From the NCBI GenBank assembly GCA_043816785.1, contig JBDRHP010000090.1, positions 1-10,273 on the forward strand: 10,273 nucleotides of DNA, read 5' to 3'. This DNA is from Candidatus Margulisiibacteriota bacterium. Its GTDB lineage: Bacteria > Margulisbacteria > WOR-1 > O2-12-FULL-45-9. Position numbers and translations under genes: made by a program. Positions 7,708-10,273 of this stretch are shown piece by piece. The notes beneath the pieces are model-generated. The model saw only the letters and a program-made list of their open reading frames with translations, was not told the DNA's origin and made no database searches. The stretch's first letter is position 1; each line of letters opens with the position of its first letter.

Positions 7708-7980
7708 CTAATTATTAGCAAAATACTTTTTCAACTCACCACCTTGAGGAATCGCCAGCATCAACAGCAGCCTGGCCTTGGGCGCGTCAACCACAATCCC
7801 TTCCGCACCGGAATCAACCGCGTAGCGCACAAAACTGCCGTCAGAGCCGGCATAATCACATAATAAGGCAACCTTTGGCAGCTTTTTAGGTAAAGGCAAA
7901 CGCTGGCGCTTGAGCCGGTCCGTCAGGAGAAAGGTCAGAAGCGTCCCGCATCGCGCCAACAAAAACACGTATCGCTTCAT
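7708..7980 (-). pseudogene. Collapsed L-asparaginase (AnsB/type II-like) gene remnant
   Basis: Collinear fragments: start MKRY with SD (AAAGGAAGG); an alternative frame at 7966-7913 giving VFVGAMRDASDLSPDGPA (cf. E. coli AnsB VMVGAMRPSTSMSADGP); 'LPKVALLCDYAGSDGSFVRYAVDSGAEGIVV' (start of the C-domain); and 'PKARLLLMLA...ELKKYF' (C-terminus). The catalytic TGGT and HGTDT motifs are absent. Confidence 0.85.
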
Positions 7981-8002
7981 TAACTGCTACCTTCCTTTCG
8001 TT

Positions 8003-8038
8003 TGGACATATTATATTCTAAATTGTATAATATGTAAA
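8003..8038. promoter_or_regulatory. Palindromic overlapping divergent promoter pair
   Basis: + strand: TGGACA (8003-8008), 17 bp, TATAAT (8026-8031). - strand: TTTACA (8038-8033), 17 bp, TATAAT (8015-8010). Perfect 10-bp inverted repeat ACATATTATA-N10-TATAATATGT (8006-8035). Confidence 0.7.
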
Positions 8039-8055
8039 AAGGTGCGGGCTAAAAT

Positions 8056-8445
8056 ATGAAAGATCATCTCTGGATAAAGATATTGTTCGCTTATGTTGGT
8101 GTAGTGGAATTCGCAGTTGGCCTGCCTTTTTTGCTCCTGCCAGGCCCGGTTTTCTCCCTGGCCGGCATCCCGCTAATTGACCGTTTGGAATTTGTGCAGT
8201 TTCCAGCCCTCTTGATCATGGTCTTTGGCCTGATGATGCTAAACATTGCCCGCGACCCGGTCAGGCACCAGCAATTGATCATTTATTGCTGCCTATTCAA
8301 GGCGGCTTTTATCTATGTAGTGGTTTTTAATTGGTTAACAAAGGGCTTGCCGCTGCTCTGGCTGTTATTTGCATCTTTAGACGCGATTTATCTGATCGGC
8401 TTTATTATTGCTTACCTTAAACTAAAGCAGCCCTCAAGCACCTAA
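8056..8445 (+). CDS. Hypothetical 4-TM membrane protein
   Basis: 129 aa with four hydrophobic helices and an 'IARDPVRH' loop. Its stop overlaps the pyk start (TAATG). Confidence 0.8.
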   Translation: MKDHLWIKILFAYVGVVEFAVGLPFLLLPGPVFSLAGIPLIDRLEFVQFPALLIMVFGLMMLNIARDPVRHQQLIIYCCLFKAAFIYVVVFNWLTKGLPLLWLLFASLDAIYLIGFIIAYLKLKQPSST

Positions 8446-9461
8446 TGAACAAGAATAAACGAGCCAGGACCAAAATAATCTGCACCCTGGGCCCTTCATC
8501 CAGCAGCCAGGCTGTTTTACGCAAAATGATGCTGGCCGGCATGGATGTGGTGCGCCTGAATTTTTCCCATGGCAGTGCTGAACACCGCCTGCAGCGCATC
8601 AAAACTGTCAGGGAATTAAACAAAAAGTGCCGGCGCGCGATCAAGATACTGGGGGATCTGGAAGGCTTCCGCATCCGCATTGGCCGGCTCAAGCATCCGG
8701 TTGCCCTGCGCAAAAATGACACGATCTGGCTAACCCAGGCCAATATTATTGGTGCTGGCCACACCCTGCCCTTTGACTACACTGGAAATCTAAAGGTTAT
8801 CAAGAACGGGCACTTAATATATATTGATGACGGCAATATCTGTTTACAGGTAACTGGCCGCAAGAAGGATGCCTTAAGAACCCGGGTGATTGCAGCCAGC
8901 CTGCTTAAAGACCATAAGGGAATTAATATCCCAGAAGCAAAGTTAGAGTTTTCCGGATTGACCAATAAAGACAGACGTAATCTTGCTTTTGCGCTCGAGC
9001 ATCAGCTTGATTATGTGGCCCAGTCATTTGTCCGCTCAAAAGAAGATATCCTGCAGATCAAAAAACTGCTAACCGGCAGCAAGATCAAGATCATTGCCAA
9101 GATCGAGAATCGCGAAGGCATTAAGAATATCGATGAGATAATTGAGGTCAGTGACGGCATTATGATCGCCCGGGGTGACATGGGCATCTCTATTCCTATT
9201 TATGAAGTCCCGCTGGTCCAGAAAAAGATCATTAAGAAATGCAACAAAGCCAAGAAATTCGTTATTACCGCTACTCAAATGCTGGAAAGCATGACAGAGA
9301 ATCCTCGCCCCACCCGGGCTGAAGTAGCTGATGTGGCCAATGCTGTGTTGGACGGAACCGATTATGTGATGCTTTCCGGCGAAACCGCAGTCGGCAAATA
9401 CCCATCAGAAACTGTCCTCATGATGGACCAGATCATTAAGTTTACTGAGCAGCAGGGTTAA
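8445..9461 (+). CDS. pyk: Pyruvate kinase, short form (A and B domains only)
   Basis: Motifs '[12 protein letters not shown]', '[12 protein letters not shown]', 'IYIDDGNI', 'IIAKIEN', '[11 protein letters not shown]', '[10 protein letters not shown]', '[34 protein letters not shown]'. It ends at 338 aa, just after the barrel. Confidence 0.93.
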   Translation: MNKNKRARTKIICTLGPSSSSQAVLRKMMLAGMDVVRLNFSHGSAEHRLQRIKTVRELNKKCRRAIKILGDLEGFRIRIGRLKHPVALRKNDTIWLTQANIIGAGHTLPFDYTGNLKVIKNGHLIYIDDGNICLQVTGRKKDALRTRVIAASLLKDHKGINIPEAKLEFSGLTNKDRRNLAFALEHQLDYVAQSFVRSKEDILQIKKLLTGSKIKIIAKIENREGIKNIDEIIEVSDGIMIARGDMGISIPIYEVPLVQKKIIKKCNKAKKFVITATQMLESMTENPRPTRAEVADVANAVLDGTDYVMLSGETAVGKYPSETVLMMDQIIKFTEQQG

Positions 9462-10272
9462 GCAGCTTGTGAATCGATTTAGCAGCTAACTTCCCATCAC
9501 CCATTGCGGAAATAACCGTGGCAGCTCCTCTCACAATATCGCCGCCAGCATAGACGCCAGGCATTGAAGTTGCCCCATCTTCGGTGACGATTACACCGCC
9601 CCATTTTTCAGTTTTAAGATCAGGGGTGCGAAGCGGGATCAGAGGATTGGGTGAATTTCCGATCGCCACAACAACAGTATCAACTGGTATGTCATAGATC
9701 TCGCCTTCAACAGGCACTGGCCGGCGCCGACCAGACGCATCCGGCTCGCCCAGCTTCATCTGCTGGCATCGGGCAGAACATACCCAGCCCTGCTCATCAG
9801 CAGTATATTTCAACGGCAGGGTCAGGATCTTAAAAACGATCCCCTCTTCCACTGCTCGAGCAATCTCTTCTTTTCTAGCCGGCATCTCATCCTGGGTGCG
9901 GCGATAAAGAATAATAACTTCTTCTGCGCCCAGACGCAGCGAAACCCTGGCCGCGTCCATAGCCACGTTACCGCCGCCAACCACTGCAACACGTTTGCCA
10001 ACCTTGATCGGGGTCAAAGATTCCGGGAACTGCCAGGCCTTCATCATGTTGACGCGGAAGAGATACTCATTGGCTGAGTAAACGCCGTCCAGATTCTCGC
10101 CCGGGATATTCATGAACTTTGGCAGCCCAGCACCTGAGCCGACAAAAACCGCCTTATAATCCGTTAACAACTCCTTGATCGTGTAGACATTGCCGATCAG
10201 CATATCGGTCTGGATATCAACACCCAAACTTTTGACATATTCAACTTCCAGGTTAACAATTGCCTTGGGCAG
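9442..10272 (-). CDS. NADPH-dependent glutamate synthase small-subunit-like oxidoreductase (GltD/SudA/NfnB family), 5'-truncated by the window
   Basis: The frame is open to the window edge ([20 protein letters not shown]...). Motifs '[19 protein letters not shown]', '[10 protein letters not shown]', '[15 protein letters not shown]', '[14 protein letters not shown]', '[12 protein letters not shown]' and '[23 protein letters not shown]'. Confidence 0.92.
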   Translation of the reverse strand: MPKAIVNLEVEYVKSLGVDIQTDMLIGNVYTIKELLTDYKAVFVGSGAGLPKFMNIPGENLDGVYSANEYLFRVNMMKAWQFPESLTPIKVGKRVAVVGGGNVAMDAARVSLRLGAEEVIILYRRTQDEMPARKEEIARAVEEGIVFKILTLPLKYTADEQGWVCSARCQQMKLGEPDASGRRRPVPVEGEIYDIPVDTVVVAIGNSPNPLIPLRTPDLKTEKWGGVIVTEDGATSMPGVYAGGDIVRGAATVISAMGDGKLAAKSIHKLLNPAAQ

Positions 10273-10273
10273 C

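Noticed and set aside
7955..7970. Programmed frameshift or phase variation at the GTGTTTTTGTT run to restore asparaginase
   Set aside because: No frame combination supplies the catalytic TGGT or HGTDT motifs, and the alternative frame stops soon after the DGPA motif. Deletion explains the pattern better.
8091..9833. Short antisense ORFs over the membrane protein, pyk and the GltD-like gene
   Set aside because: Shadow ORFs of strongly supported genes.
1..10273. Taxonomic assignment, and any defence, mobile or RNA system
   Set aside because: There are no marker genes, transposase, integrase, nuclease, tRNA-like or array structure visible, so no such claim can be supported from this window.

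Overview
Bacterial chromosomal window, gene-dense and mostly metabolic. I found no CRISPR array, RNA gene or mobile element. Left to right: (1) 3' end of a multi-TM membrane protein; (2) a DsrE/DsrF-like gene; (3) a minus-strand operon of a BamE/SmpA-like lipoprotein, aspD (aspartate 4-decarboxylase), aspT (Asp/Ala antiporter) and a C-terminal remnant of a second aspT paralog; (4) a divergent membrane-anchored hypothetical gene; (5) a 7-repeat beta-propeller lipoprotein with a Thr-rich stalk and a small membrane protein; (6) an uncalled 52-aa basic ORF with a strong RBS; (7) an L-asparaginase gene collapsed to 273 bp as four collinear fragments, one hidden in another reading frame; (8) a 4-TM hypothetical gene; (9) a pyruvate kinase lacking its C-terminal domain; (10) the 3' part of a GltD/SudA/NfnB-type oxidoreductase. 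The most notable reading is an Asn->Asp->Ala decarboxylation/antiport module being trimmed by deletions while keeping aspD, aspT and an unusual lipoprotein partner. Also notable are near-leaderless and symmetric bidirectional sigma70-like promoters. All family calls come from motifs recognised by eye, with no database search, so novelty is unproven.
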